DNA of 55,919 bases from a virus. Taxonomy: Duplodnaviria; Caudoviricetes. This document shows positions 18,943-28,621 of this stretch, piece by piece. Numbering within the stretch: position 1 is the first letter of the stretch; each line of letters starts with the position of its first letter. Under the pieces are notes generated by a model. The model worked only from the letters and a program-made list of their open reading frames with translations. It did not search any database and was not told where the DNA came from. The translations under genes and the position numbers were made by a program. Location of the stretch: IMG/VR virus record IMGVR_UViG_3300032285_001768, positions 1-55,919 of that record; one strand, given 5' to 3'.

Positions 18943-21023
18943 CGTAATCCATCCGGACGGATGTCAATACGAGGAGCACCCAACTGCCAAGCGGTTCCCA
19001 ACGTGTTCGACCGCACCTTGAATATCAACTGCCGCCCACGGACACGGGTGTAAATCTGCCCGGTAAATGTCTCAGGGACCACGTAAGTTGACCCAGAAAT
19101 CACCGATTGAGTAGACGAATCCTGCGTTCCAGAGCCTGAGTTCTGCATCGGATAAAGCGTAATCTCTACCTGCGGAGACGCGGGGGCCGTGGAACTTGAA
19201 CCCTGGAACGAAATATCCGGCAACATGCGCCAAACAAAGCCCACACTGTCACCATCGCCAATGTCAAATTCAGCCGACGAAATAAATGCGTCCATTGGCA
19301 ATGGATTTCCGTCGACGTTGTCATCGACCCCTGATTCATGGCTCAAGAGCCGTTTCCCATACGAAGCCGCAATTGGGGTTGCTTGTAGACCACTATCGAG
19401 CCACGCAGTACGGGCCATGGCCCCGTAATACCATACGTTTTCGAGATAATTGTAGACCACATACTTGTCAATTGTTTCGCTATTGGCTGAGCAATAGAAC
19501 CACCAGACTTCGTTAAATCCTTCGTTTGTCCCCGTAAAAAACTGCTCTGACTGCGACAAATTAATGTCGTTAAACACATATTTGCGCAAATCGCAATTAA
19601 GCGTTTGAACCTGACCGTTGTAGAGATAAAACTTGTCCGTTCCCATCCAGTAGATAACGCCAGAGGCAATCACAGACGCATTTGGTCCCATGATTGAAAT
19701 GTTGTCTCCCAACAATTGAGTTCCCCAAACATAAGGGGCCCCTAAAAATTGCAAGGAGTAAACCGAAGAGTCGGTAAAGACAACAATTTCCTGTCGAGTT
19801 TGCACCGTGCTCACAATCCGTGAGCCATGGGACAAGCGCACACTTCCAGCCTGCGTTGTCGCCGTTGGCTGCCACTCGGTCACAGAATCCTGGTCCGACC
19901 AGCGAATAACCATGGGGTCCAACGTGGTGCTGCCATAATCATTGGTACCAAACAGAATCACAAACCGACTGACGTCGGAAATGGTCATGTAGTTCTGGTA
20001 TAGCGGAACTGAGTTAGCACCTGGCAAGGAGGAGACCAGCATTCCTCGCGGCGAAATGGATTGAGTCCCACTGCCCGAGGAACTGGTATTAATCAGCGCG
20101 CCAGTTGGTGTCGAAGACAAATTGAAAGACGTTCCACCACTTCCCCTGGCGTAATACGTCTGACCCGGAACTAACGGTGTAGGCAGTGCGCCCGTTGTTG
20201 TAAAAGTGATTGGATAGCCATCAGGAATAGTTACTGTGCTGGTAACGACAGCAGGAGAAGCATTGCTGATGCCAACCGAAGAAGGACGATAGCCAATGCT
20301 CGCGCTCCAATAGTAAAGAGGACCGCCTTGTGGCCCAAACACGAGGTCCTGGCCATAGTTCATCTGATTCCAAATTCGAATGGCATCAGTAGACTGCGAG
20401 GAATTTCCCCAGGTTCCAGAGCTCCAAGTACCTGAACTCCATCCGCTAAGTGGAACCGCGTAAGCTGGACCTGTATTGATCTGATAGGTAGCGTAGACCG
20501 TTCCGCCACCCGTAGTTGAGGACGATGCAGTGCCTGTTACTTCAATCGAATATGAATTTGCGTTGATATACGTTAGTTCGTACTCGCCGCTGATTGTTAC
20601 CCCACCAACCGCAGACCCACCATAAAAAGTGACAAAGTCCCCGTTTATTGCTCCGTGCGAGCTATCCGACACCGTGACAATAGTTGTCGTTGCCGTATTT
20701 GTAGCCGTGTTAGTTGTAAAGGGGTTACTGAGTGTGCTTGTCTTTCGGATGGGCGTTATATCGTAGTAATAGCCACCGTTTTGTATGTAAAACTTGAGAT
20801 TTGTGCCCACTCCAATCAGGTTCTGGGCACCCAGGGTCACCCAGTTCCACAGAGATCGGCAAGTGCCGAGAAAGGTCTGAGAAGAAAACGGGGTCCATCC
20901 CCCAATCTTTTCCGGCGTGCCTTGACGAAACCGGACTTTGTCCGACTCGTACCAACCCCCTTCGTTGGTATAACGAGTGTTTTCGCGATTAACGCCAGGC
21001 TTAAAGATGATCTTCTGCAGCAT
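18939..21023 (-). CDS. tail nozzle/stabilisation protein (P22 gp10 / tubular protein B-like, 694 aa)
   Basis: Beta-propeller-like W/Y-rich content (IRWSDQD, EVWWFY, VVYNYLENVWYYG), size and position. Confidence 0.65.
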   Translation of the reverse strand: MLQKIIFKPGVNRENTRYTNEGGWYESDKVRFRQGTPEKIGGWTPFSSQTFLGTCRSLWNWVTLGAQNLIGVGTNLKFYIQNGGYYYDITPIRKTSTLSNPFTTNTATNTATTTIVTVSDSSHGAINGDFVTFYGGSAVGGVTISGEYELTYINANSYSIEVTGTASSSTTGGGTVYATYQINTGPAYAVPLSGWSSGTWSSGTWGNSSQSTDAIRIWNQMNYGQDLVFGPQGGPLYYWSASIGYRPSSVGISNASPAVVTSTVTIPDGYPITFTTTGALPTPLVPGQTYYARGSGGTSFNLSSTPTGALINTSSSGSGTQSISPRGMLVSSLPGANSVPLYQNYMTISDVSRFVILFGTNDYGSTTLDPMVIRWSDQDSVTEWQPTATTQAGSVRLSHGSRIVSTVQTRQEIVVFTDSSVYSLQFLGAPYVWGTQLLGDNISIMGPNASVIASGVIYWMGTDKFYLYNGQVQTLNCDLRKYVFNDINLSQSEQFFTGTNEGFNEVWWFYCSANSETIDKYVVYNYLENVWYYGAMARTAWLDSGLQATPIAASYGKRLLSHESGVDDNVDGNPLPMDAFISSAEFDIGDGDSVGFVWRMLPDISFQGSSSTAPASPQVEITLYPMQNSGSGTQDSSTQSVISGSTYVVPETFTGQIYTRVRGRQLIFKVRSNTLGTAWQLGAPRIDIRPDGLR

Positions 21024-21460
21024 TACTTGCTCGCTACACCCTTATGCTTCTCAAAAGACCGCATACCACCAAAACCAAGCAAGCCAGACAGAAGAACCAT
21101 CAATTGTTCAGTCTGCAAATCAAGCGGAGGCTGTAACCCTTTAGGGATTATATCCATTCCTTGCCCCACCGCCCAACACCATTGCATCAGTGGGTAGCCC
21201 AGAAATTGGTAACCCAAACCTGCAACCCCAACCCAACCCACAGCAGGACGCCAACCACTGACAAATACGCTAGATGAACCGGCTTCAATCTTATTGACTT
21301 CGATCTGCGCAAGATCGGTTTGTTGGTCAATCTTTTTTTCTTCCAAATCCAGTTTGCGCTCTTCCAACGCCATCTGAAGGCGTTCTTTATCCGTTGTGAT
21401 GAGCGAGTCCGCAACCTTGCCAACGCCTTCGATGATTGAACCGATGCCGATCAAGTCCAT
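21023..21460 (-). CDS. holin, GTA 3TM-like
   Basis: FVSGWRPAVGW and LLGFGGMRSFEK motifs, hydrophobic segments, next to the endolysin. Confidence 0.8.
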   Translation of the reverse strand: MDLIGIGSIIEGVGKVADSLITTDKERLQMALEERKLDLEEKKIDQQTDLAQIEVNKIEAGSSSVFVSGWRPAVGWVGVAGLGYQFLGYPLMQWCWAVGQGMDIIPKGLQPPLDLQTEQLMVLLSGLLGFGGMRSFEKHKGVASK

Positions 21461-21969
21461 TATTTGAGTCCTTCAAGAGCGCGCCGAATCCAGCCCAGCA
21501 AAAATTTAGACTGCGAACGATCTTTCATGCAGATATTCACGTACCGCTGAATCTTGGCTAACGCATAAGCTGGCACAAACTTTTCTGCAGTACATAGGTT
21601 CAACCGTTCAACGGTTTTTGGTCCGATTGCGCCGTCGGGAGTGACTCCGACAATGAGTTGGGCGAGCTTGATGGCAACTCCGATACCGGCGTTGACACCA
21701 AAGTTGTAGATGGTCTCCGCAATAGCTTGGTTTGTAAGCTCGTCACCTCTGATGCGATCCCAGAAATTAGTTTTGTAAAACTCACGAACCAGCGGCGTAG
21801 CCAACCCAAACTCTTTGCGATCAATGAAGTGCCATCCTGCCCATTGGGGGTTTGGATTTCTTGCGATTCCTGCATACGTTTGTCCTCCCCGGTCGCCCGG
21901 AATGTCGGTCAATTGATAACCACCTTCGTCCGCAATAACTTTTTCAAACGCTGGCTCAAAATTAGCCAT
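21460..21969 (-). CDS. endolysin, glycoside hydrolase 108 with peptidoglycan-binding C-terminus
   Basis: EGGY...DRGGQTYAGI, DGAIGPKT, KFLLGWIRR. Confidence 0.9.
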   Translation of the reverse strand: MANFEPAFEKVIADEGGYQLTDIPGDRGGQTYAGIARNPNPQWAGWHFIDRKEFGLATPLVREFYKTNFWDRIRGDELTNQAIAETIYNFGVNAGIGVAIKLAQLIVGVTPDGAIGPKTVERLNLCTAEKFVPAYALAKIQRYVNICMKDRSQSKFLLGWIRRALEGLK

Positions 21970-22123
21970 TTTTATCCCTCATCTTGTTGATGATCTCAAA
22001 CGCAGACTTCACTTTCTCTTCCAACACCGCTACCCGCAAATCCAACTTCGACAGCACAACAATCAAGGTCACAATACCAAGCAGCACGGGCCACGCTTTT
22101 AGAAACAGCTCAACTATCTCCAT
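21962..22123 (-). CDS. small single-TM membrane protein (53 aa), lysis-associated
   Basis: AGGAGG RBS 7 nt before MEIVELF; TM WPVLLGIVTLIVVL followed by a coiled coil. Confidence 0.7.
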   Translation of the reverse strand: MEIVELFLKAWPVLLGIVTLIVVLSKLDLRVAVLEEKVKSAFEIINKMRDKNG

Positions 22124-22550
22124 TTCCATGCCTCCTGGTGTACTCGTCTCGAAGAAACGTGACCTTCTTTCGACCATCATGCCGTTTGACAACCCCCAAC
22201 GCCGGAGGATTGTTCAAGTATTCTGCGGCCCGCAACATCAGATCCGGATCATCGTCAAAAATACCAAGCGCCGTGTTGCACCGCTTGCACAACACCCCCC
22301 GGACATCGTCCGAATCATGGCAATGATCCACCGCAAACTTATACTGCTTAAGCTTTAGGGGTTGTTGACAAACAGCGCAATTATACCCTTGAAGCTTCAA
22401 AAGGAGCTCAAAATCCGTAGGGGACAGCCCAAAACGCGAAAGGCGGTTCACATCCGCCTTACATGCACTACACAGGAAATAATCCTTGCGACCGTGAATT
22501 ATTAAATCATCCTTGGAAAACTGACCAAGGCACACGGCGCAGGAAGGCAT
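22110..22550 (-). CDS. endonuclease VII-family (His-Me finger) nuclease
   Basis: QGYNCAVC...AVDHCH...VRGVLCKRCNTALG plus an N-terminal CxxC...CxxC. Confidence 0.88.
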   Translation of the reverse strand: MPSCAVCLGQFSKDDLIIHGRKDYFLCSACKADVNRLSRFGLSPTDFELLLKLQGYNCAVCQQPLKLKQYKFAVDHCHDSDDVRGVLCKRCNTALGIFDDDPDLMLRAAEYLNNPPALGVVKRHDGRKKVTFLRDEYTRRHGNGDS

Positions 22551-22619
22551 CTATTTCCTCATGCGCTCTTCAAGGATCACGATCTGGAGTTGAGATTTGG
22601 TTTCCAGCTTCTCAGTCAT
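22551..22619 (-). pseudogene. 22-aa mini-ORF, probable internally deleted gene relic
   Basis: MTEKLETKSQLQIVILEERMRK; ATGA overlap upstream, stop abuts the next ATG. Confidence 0.45.
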
Positions 22620-22798
22620 TTTTTCAAACCTTTGAGCGTTTCCGCTAGTCGCGCACGCTGCCCTAGTTTGCCAGGAGCCTTTGCTGCCTTGGCTAACTTT
22701 TTCTCTGGGATTGGCTTGCCGGGTTTGGCCCCAAGTTCAGAACGAAGCGAACCCTTTGTTTTTGGGTTAAGAACCTTCTGAATCCATTTCTCAGCCAT
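22616..22798 (-). CDS. small basic protein (60 aa)
   Basis: MAEKWIQK...GQRARLAETLKGLKK, AGGA RBS. Confidence 0.8.
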   Translation of the reverse strand: MAEKWIQKVLNPKTKGSLRSELGAKPGKPIPEKKLAKAAKAPGKLGQRARLAETLKGLKK

Positions 22799-22807
22799 GA
22801 TTGTTCC

Positions 22808-23302
22808 TTATGGCGCATCAGGCCATGTTACTGTCCAAGGGAATCCAGCCTGTGTAGGTACGTCACGCAACGCTTGACGATAAGACGCCCACTGGAAGTC
22901 CTGCGGTATGTTGCTTTCCAACGCCTTGATGACGCGCCAGTCGCATTCCTTTAGCTTGTCGTCACGGCTTTGGCGAACGGCTTTTGCTTGCTCCGCATCT
23001 TTCATGGCCTTGTACTCAGCCTCTTGCTCTGCGGCGGTCTTTTCTGGCGTGTCAACAAACACCGGCCCAAGGATGTACTTGGTGTACCACTTGCCGTCAA
23101 TCTGCTCTACACCGATACGCTGGCTGTACTGATAGACCGTTCCACCTGAAGCCTGTGGACCTTCCAACACTGGGTCAACCCCCACTGCTTCCATAACTTC
23201 AGGAGTCAATAGGTCGTAGGATGGACCATTGTTGGCTTGCAGATAAGAACGAAGTTCGCTCTCGTACATCACCGCGCCAGTTTCTCTAACTCTGATTTCC
23301 AT
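22808..23302 (-). CDS. tail fibre assembly chaperone-like protein
   Basis: C-terminal R..RD..L...DW...W..YRQALRDVPTQAGFPW...WP signature, directly after the fibre genes. Confidence 0.8.
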   Translation of the reverse strand: MEIRVRETGAVMYESELRSYLQANNGPSYDLLTPEVMEAVGVDPVLEGPQASGGTVYQYSQRIGVEQIDGKWYTKYILGPVFVDTPEKTAAEQEAEYKAMKDAEQAKAVRQSRDDKLKECDWRVIKALESNIPQDFQWASYRQALRDVPTQAGFPWTVTWPDAP

Positions 23303-23311
23303 TATGATTCC

Positions 23312-25303
23312 TTAAGCAACTGCTAAGAAGATGTAGGTCCCACCGCTTTCGTTGATACCTGCGGCAGTGGTAACAATTTGAAAACCAACACCTGTTGTAT
23401 ATACGTAGTCTGCATTAAATTCAGCATTCTGTAGATTCAACCTTAACACTGGGTCAGTTCCAGAAACCATTCCACGCGCCGTGTCCCAAACGTACCAACT
23501 ACCATTTGTGTCGGTGCGTTTGATAAGAACAAAACGAGCGCCACCAGTAAACCCGCAATTGATGGTCTGTGTTGCGCCTGTGCCTGTATATGAGCCTACT
23601 TTGGAAACGCCGGGGCAAGATGCAAATAAATATGCAATATAGGTGGTACCGTTAACATTAGGTGGATTTCCGGATTCGTCCAATGTTCTATATGGATAAA
23701 CAAGCGTCGGAGTGTAATAACTAGAATACCCAGTTTGAGTAGTTGGCGAATCTGTATTTAAACTCCACCGACTCGCATCGCCACCGCCGGGATACCCAAC
23801 TGCACACCAAGTAAACCACCCACTAGTTGAGCTACGCGCTCTAATAAAACTTAATTCTGGAGTTACTGTTAAATTATGATTAAATGAAAAACCAAGATTT
23901 ACGGCTCCAGTTCCCGTATAACAAACCTCATCAAAGAAACCGGGGACGCGTCGGAAGTTCCAATTAACATAAGTACCACTGTAATTTATTTCAGCAGTGG
24001 TTGTGTCTGCACCTGCTGTATAACCAGTCATAGATGCAAAATCAGTTAACGAGTTTGTCCCAGTTTGTTCAGGAGACAAACCAAAAGTTTCTAAAACCTT
24101 TGTGGGTCCGCGAAGACGGTCAAAAAATGAACCGCCATATCCGCCGCTACGCGAGTACGTTAGAATTGAATCAATAGGAAAGCCAGCCGCAGTAGATACT
24201 CTAACTGCGTTTGTGCCTGTATACGTCACGGGCGTAAACACACTCGTCCCAACTGTAGGCACCTTCATTGGCCCACGGCGAATTGCTATGTAGATGCCTG
24301 TGTACCCGGAAAGTCCAATAGAATATGTAAATCCAGTTGATGTTGGCGTTACGCCTGAAGGATAAGTGTTTCCTTCTGCATCAGTTCTATCAGCAAACAA
24401 CTGATTGCTTTGCGTCATGCTCATGCCGCGCAGTACATCACTCATCCACCAGTCATCGCCTGCACTTGAAAGGCGATATAAAACCCATTGCGGTTCGTAA
24501 CCTAAATTTACAGTTGCGTTGCCGCTACCGTCAGTAGTAAACGACCCACACGAAATCACATTGTCTGTGCCAGTCAGCCCAAACCCGCCACTATTTGAAG
24601 CGAACAAATAAGCAACAAATGATTGCCCGGAACTATTTATACCGGGGTCGTCACTTATTGTAAATACTGTGCTAGTAGGGGCTGTATTAAGCCATGCCGT
24701 ATCATTAAAAGCGGGGTTTGTTGAATTTAATACTATAAGTTTGGTTGCGCCTAATGATTGGTGATAAACATACCATGCCGACCCACCAGTGCTTGTTCTT
24801 TTAATAATTATGCAACCAGGAACGGACCCAAGATTGTGAGCAATTGTTCTTCCCGATCCGTTACCGGTATAAGTTACAATATCAAAGAACTTTGGTTGCT
24901 TGCGGAATGTCCATGAAACGTATCTATCGCCACTTAAATTGACCGTGTTCGAGCCGTCGTTACCTAACGAAAATCCGCTGGTCGTAAATCCAGTTAATGT
25001 ATTTATAAACGCGCTTTGGGCTGAAGTTAAGTTTGATTGCAATCCATTCAATGCGCCCCTAGCAGTGTCATATAGCCCGTGGTCAGTCGCCCTACCTCTG
25101 TTTTTTATCCAAACCAAACCGCCTTTCGTAGATAAATCTACATTATTTGTAATGGTTGCAACTGTTCCTGTTGTCCCTGACCCATTGCCAGTGCCGGTGT
25201 AAAGATATGTACTAAACACATCCTCAATGTAAACTGGGGCAGCCGCCGCCCCGCCTCCATAAGCGTCAAACGTGTTGTTCCCAGATCTTTGTTGTAATGG
25301 CAT
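23312..25303 (-). CDS. tail fibre/receptor-binding protein with repeated beta domains (663 aa)
   Basis: Recurrent FFD.V.YTG.G / GSYTGTG...I..GF...V.IK units. Confidence 0.7.
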   Translation of the reverse strand: MPLQQRSGNNTFDAYGGGAAAAPVYIEDVFSTYLYTGTGNGSGTTGTVATITNNVDLSTKGGLVWIKNRGRATDHGLYDTARGALNGLQSNLTSAQSAFINTLTGFTTSGFSLGNDGSNTVNLSGDRYVSWTFRKQPKFFDIVTYTGNGSGRTIAHNLGSVPGCIIIKRTSTGGSAWYVYHQSLGATKLIVLNSTNPAFNDTAWLNTAPTSTVFTISDDPGINSSGQSFVAYLFASNSGGFGLTGTDNVISCGSFTTDGSGNATVNLGYEPQWVLYRLSSAGDDWWMSDVLRGMSMTQSNQLFADRTDAEGNTYPSGVTPTSTGFTYSIGLSGYTGIYIAIRRGPMKVPTVGTSVFTPVTYTGTNAVRVSTAAGFPIDSILTYSRSGGYGGSFFDRLRGPTKVLETFGLSPEQTGTNSLTDFASMTGYTAGADTTTAEINYSGTYVNWNFRRVPGFFDEVCYTGTGAVNLGFSFNHNLTVTPELSFIRARSSTSGWFTWCAVGYPGGGDASRWSLNTDSPTTQTGYSSYYTPTLVYPYRTLDESGNPPNVNGTTYIAYLFASCPGVSKVGSYTGTGATQTINCGFTGGARFVLIKRTDTNGSWYVWDTARGMVSGTDPVLRLNLQNAEFNADYVYTTGVGFQIVTTAAGINESGGTYIFLAVA

Positions 25304-25304
25304 T

Positions 25305-27260
25305 TTATTTGTACTGAGTTAGGGAAGCCAAAACGGTGTACGTTGCGCTTGCGGTTTTAATAACTGCAAAACGATACACATCTAATCCAGACGCATTTCC
25401 AGCGGTTGGCGCACCACCAATCCACTTTGGCGTCACAGACGTTCCGTCAATCGTTACCGCACTATTGTAATAGGCGGTAGAGCCTTGCGTTGTCACCAAG
25501 GCAAACGTCACAGATTGCCCTACAGCGAGCGCCGAATTCATGCTTGTGCCGCTACTAAACGCAATGTTTAGCGTCCAGTTGTTAGCGGCATTGCTTGTGT
25601 AGTATTGAACAGAACCGGACTGAACGTAAAAGTTAGTTGTTGACGAAGGTGCGGCGGCTACTACGTTGACTGTTTCGTTTGAATCTAAAAACGATGATCC
25701 AAAAATACTTGATGAACCGCTAAACGTCTGCGTTCCCGTCCATGTATTGTTTGCAGACAACGACACACCAGCCGCTGGTGTAGTGCTTTGCCAAGTAGTA
25801 CCGTTAGACGTTAGCACGTTGCCGTTCGTTCCGGGGGCAACCACTTGAAACGCTGAAGTGCCGTTCCCAAGCAATACGTTGTTTGCCGTAAACGTAGCCG
25901 CTCCAGTACCGCCGTTGCCAACAGGAAGCGTTCCTGTCACACCTGCTGTCAAACTTACTTGCCCCCAAGACGGGGCCGAACTTGTCGTCGCCAACAACGA
26001 TTGCCCAGTTGTTCCTGCAGCTGTTGCCACCGGAGCGGCACCAGCTCCACCGCCATACACAACGCCGTACTGGGTCAATGCCGCACTAGATGCCCAAGTA
26101 GTTCCACTAGAAAAATAAGGCACTCCGCCGCTAGTTCCTGCAACTGTCAATGCAAGAGTGCCAGAAGACGTAATCGGCGACCCAGCAACTGAAACTATGC
26201 CGCCAGTAAAAGACTGCGCTACGGATGTGACCGTACCGCCAGTGCCCGTTGCGGCAATTGTGATTGTTCCACTGCCGTTAGTGATGGTCACCCCAGAACC
26301 CTGCGTCAACGTAGTACGGGTAAACCCTGTGCCGTTACCAATATCTAACGCACCGTTTGCAGGGGTTGTAGTCAGTCCCGTTCCCCCATTAGCAATGGGC
26401 AAAGTTCCCGTAACGCCGGTGGTTAAAGGCAGCCCAGTAACATTCGTAAGCGTTCCGCTCACAGGCGTACCAAGCGCAGGAGTCACCAACGTGGGGTTGT
26501 TAGCAAACACTAACGCTCCCGTACCCGTCTCATCCGTAACCGCTGCCGCCAGGTTTGCACTGGAAGGAGTGCCTAAAAACGTAGCAACCCCCGTGCCTAA
26601 ACCAGAAACACCCGTAGAAATAGGAAGCCCAGTAGCATTCGTAAGCGTTCCGCTCGCAGGCGTACCAAGCGCAGGTGTTACAAGCGTTGGGCTGGTCGCA
26701 AATACCAACGCCCCCGAACCCGTCTCATCCGTAACCGCTGCCGATAGGTTTGCACTGGAAGGAGTGCCTAAAAATGTAGCAATCCCGGTTCCTAATGAGT
26801 TTATTCCGGTGCCACCATAAGCAACCGCTAAAGTCCCGGAATTAATTGTAGAGGCCGAGGTAGAAGCAACTTTTACAAAATCAGAGCCATTCCAAGCAAC
26901 AATTGCTTTTTCACTGGCAAGGAGCGTTACCCCCGTCGTGGGCCCCGCACCGACAATCTTGACCGTGTACGTTGCGGACGTATTGTTGATAACATAGGTT
27001 TTGCTTGCTGCTGGAGCCGTTACAGTAATGTTGGCTGACGCCGGGGACGCGATAATAATCGCATATTGAGATGACGTTGATCCAAGGCTTGAGCCTGTCG
27101 TTTTAGTCAGCGTGGTGTCCGCAGTAAGCGTGACTGCACCCGCAACAGCAGAATCAATGTAATTTGAAATGTAGTTGTTGACTGTGTCGCCCCAGGTGCC
27201 CGAAAGTTCCCCAGTAGCAGGAAGGGCCAGGCCCAGGAGAGAGGTATATGCGGTTGACAT
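25305..27260 (-). CDS. tail fibre protein (651 aa)
   Basis: Thr/Gly/Ser-rich, GTLP(I/V).NGGTG repeats, 65-aa internal duplication. Confidence 0.8.
   Translation of the reverse strand: MSTAYTSLLGLALPATGELSGTWGDTVNNYISNYIDSAVAGAVTLTADTTLTKTTGSSLGSTSSQYAIIIASPASANITVTAPAASKTYVINNTSATYTVKIVGAGPTTGVTLLASEKAIVAWNGSDFVKVASTSASTINSGTLAVAYGGTGINSLGTGIATFLGTPSSANLSAAVTDETGSGALVFATSPTLVTPALGTPASGTLTNATGLPISTGVSGLGTGVATFLGTPSSANLAAAVTDETGTGALVFANNPTLVTPALGTPVSGTLTNVTGLPLTTGVTGTLPIANGGTGLTTTPANGALDIGNGTGFTRTTLTQGSGVTITNGSGTITIAATGTGGTVTSVAQSFTGGIVSVAGSPITSSGTLALTVAGTSGGVPYFSSGTTWASSAALTQYGVVYGGGAGAAPVATAAGTTGQSLLATTSSAPSWGQVSLTAGVTGTLPVGNGGTGAATFTANNVLLGNGTSAFQVVAPGTNGNVLTSNGTTWQSTTPAAGVSLSANNTWTGTQTFSGSSSIFGSSFLDSNETVNVVAAAPSSTTNFYVQSGSVQYYTSNAANNWTLNIAFSSGTSMNSALAVGQSVTFALVTTQGSTAYYNSAVTIDGTSVTPKWIGGAPTAGNASGLDVYRFAVIKTASATYTVLASLTQYK
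26431..26795. repeat. 195-bp-period tandem duplication inside the tail fibre gene
   Basis: 26431-26600 closely matches 26626-26795, e.g. cccgtctcatccgtaaccgctgccg and aggtttgcactggaaggagtgcctaaaaa occur in both copies. Confidence 0.9.
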
Positions 27261-27269
27261 TTCTAATCC

Positions 27270-27938
27270 TTAGATGGTTGTAACGACTGTCCAATTGGGA
27301 GACTGCGTATTAGTAACATCCGTCCAGTTTGGTGTCTGGGAGTCATCGACCAACGTCCAATAAACGTAATTGACATTACCCAAAATTCCAGCTGCAATGC
27401 TACCAGCTAAAACTGCTGAAGAACTTGCCACAACTGCCCCCGCTACTCCTGTTGCTCCCGCCCCAGTTATTAGTGCGGATTTACCAGGAGCAATTGATCC
27501 GCTAAAACCCGATCCAACGGCCCCTGTAATTGCAGAAGATCTAGTTGGAATAATGTTTCCAACACGCCCTTCACCAATATTGTTACTAATTCCTACGGAA
27601 TTAGCTGCTAATAATGACCCAACTGCCCCGGATCCGGAAACCCCGCTAAGATTAAACGCTTTGCCTGCTTCTACTGAACCTACTACTCCAACCCCAGCCA
27701 CCCCAGTCAAGGCAATAGCTATTGTTACTTCAGAACTTCCAACCAAGCCCGTAGCAATAACACCACTAAGCGCCGGTAATACACCCCCTAATACTCCAGA
27801 CGCATTAACCCCAGTTAATGGTATGGATTTATCAACACCTACGGCTCCAACAACACCTGTAGCGACAGTCCCCGTTTCCGAAAGAGTGCCGCCCCAACCA
27901 TTAGCCCCCCAAGTATCTCCACCCCAACCGAGAGCCAC
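27270..27938 (-). CDS. Gly/Val/Ser-rich tail-associated protein (222 aa)
   Basis: GWGGDTWG start, L(S/T)GV..(S/T)G.VG repeats, W..V..SQ.PNW end. Confidence 0.75.
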   Translation of the reverse strand: MALGWGGDTWGANGWGGTLSETGTVATGVVGAVGVDKSIPLTGVNASGVLGGVLPALSGVIATGLVGSSEVTIAIALTGVAGVGVVGSVEAGKAFNLSGVSGSGAVGSLLAANSVGISNNIGEGRVGNIIPTRSSAITGAVGSGFSGSIAPGKSALITGAGATGVAGAVVASSSAVLAGSIAAGILGNVNYVYWTLVDDSQTPNWTDVTNTQSPNWTVVTTI

Positions 27939-27946
27939 ACATCACC

Positions 27947-28423
27947 TTATGTTGTCGACAAACGAAGCAGAGCAGAAGAAGTCGTATTCGATGGCATCGT
28001 CAGCGTAAAATTTCCAGCAGTAATCGTCTGTGACCCAAAGGTATGAGCCGAAACCGCTTTGTTACTCTGCGTTGAGTTATACAACAACATTGTGTCAAAC
28101 GCGGTCCCCAACGTGACGTTTGTGTACGTAATGGAAGCTGAAGGAGTCCAATATCCAACGCCCGCAGTAGACGAAGTATTGGTCGACGCCGGAACCGTGG
28201 CATTGGTGACTGCTACACCCCCAGCCGTATAATTTGTACCAGTAACTTCACCAGACGTGGTATACGCAGTGGTTGCAGCATTAATTGTAGCTGTCGTGAG
28301 ATACAACGCGGCCTTAAATGTGTCCGCTGAGGTTGTACCACGAGTGGGCGCTACGCCAAAATTATGAGTTGCAGTCATCAGTTCCCCAAGGAACGATGTA
28401 CACATGGATTGGGTATTGGCCAT
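27947..28423 (-). CDS. virion structural protein (158 aa), paralog of 28622-29062
   Basis: MCTSF...HNF...TFKAALY...NYTAGG. Confidence 0.8.
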   Translation of the reverse strand: MANTQSMCTSFLGELMTATHNFGVAPTRGTTSADTFKAALYLTTATINAATTAYTTSGEVTGTNYTAGGVAVTNATVPASTNTSSTAGVGYWTPSASITYTNVTLGTAFDTMLLYNSTQSNKAVSAHTFGSQTITAGNFTLTMPSNTTSSALLRLSTT

Positions 28424-28426
28424 GAT

Positions 28427-28618
28427 TTATCCTATTGAAGCGGCTTCCAGAGCCGTAAACGGAGAAGTTTTCAATGTTACGTGAGCTGAACGATGCACCA
28501 ACTCATCATTGAGCCAATACTCAGTCCAAGTAGTAAATTCAATGTCATTATCTACCGAACCCTCTTTTTTGACCAGAAGAGAGTCGTCCATCTCGCCGTG
28601 AATTGTGTTAACTAGCAT
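28427..28618 (-). CDS. hypothetical protein (63 aa)
   Basis: Fills the gap, EYWLNDELVHRS. Confidence 0.75.
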   Translation of the reverse strand: MLVNTIHGEMDDSLLVKKEGSVDNDIEFTTWTEYWLNDELVHRSAHVTLKTSPFTALEAASIG

Positions 28619-28621
28619 GGC

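Noticed and set aside
23312-27260. Diversity-generating retroelement acting on the tail fibres
   Set aside because: No reverse transcriptase seen, and the fibre duplication is in-frame with mostly synonymous changes rather than adenine-specific TR/VR differences
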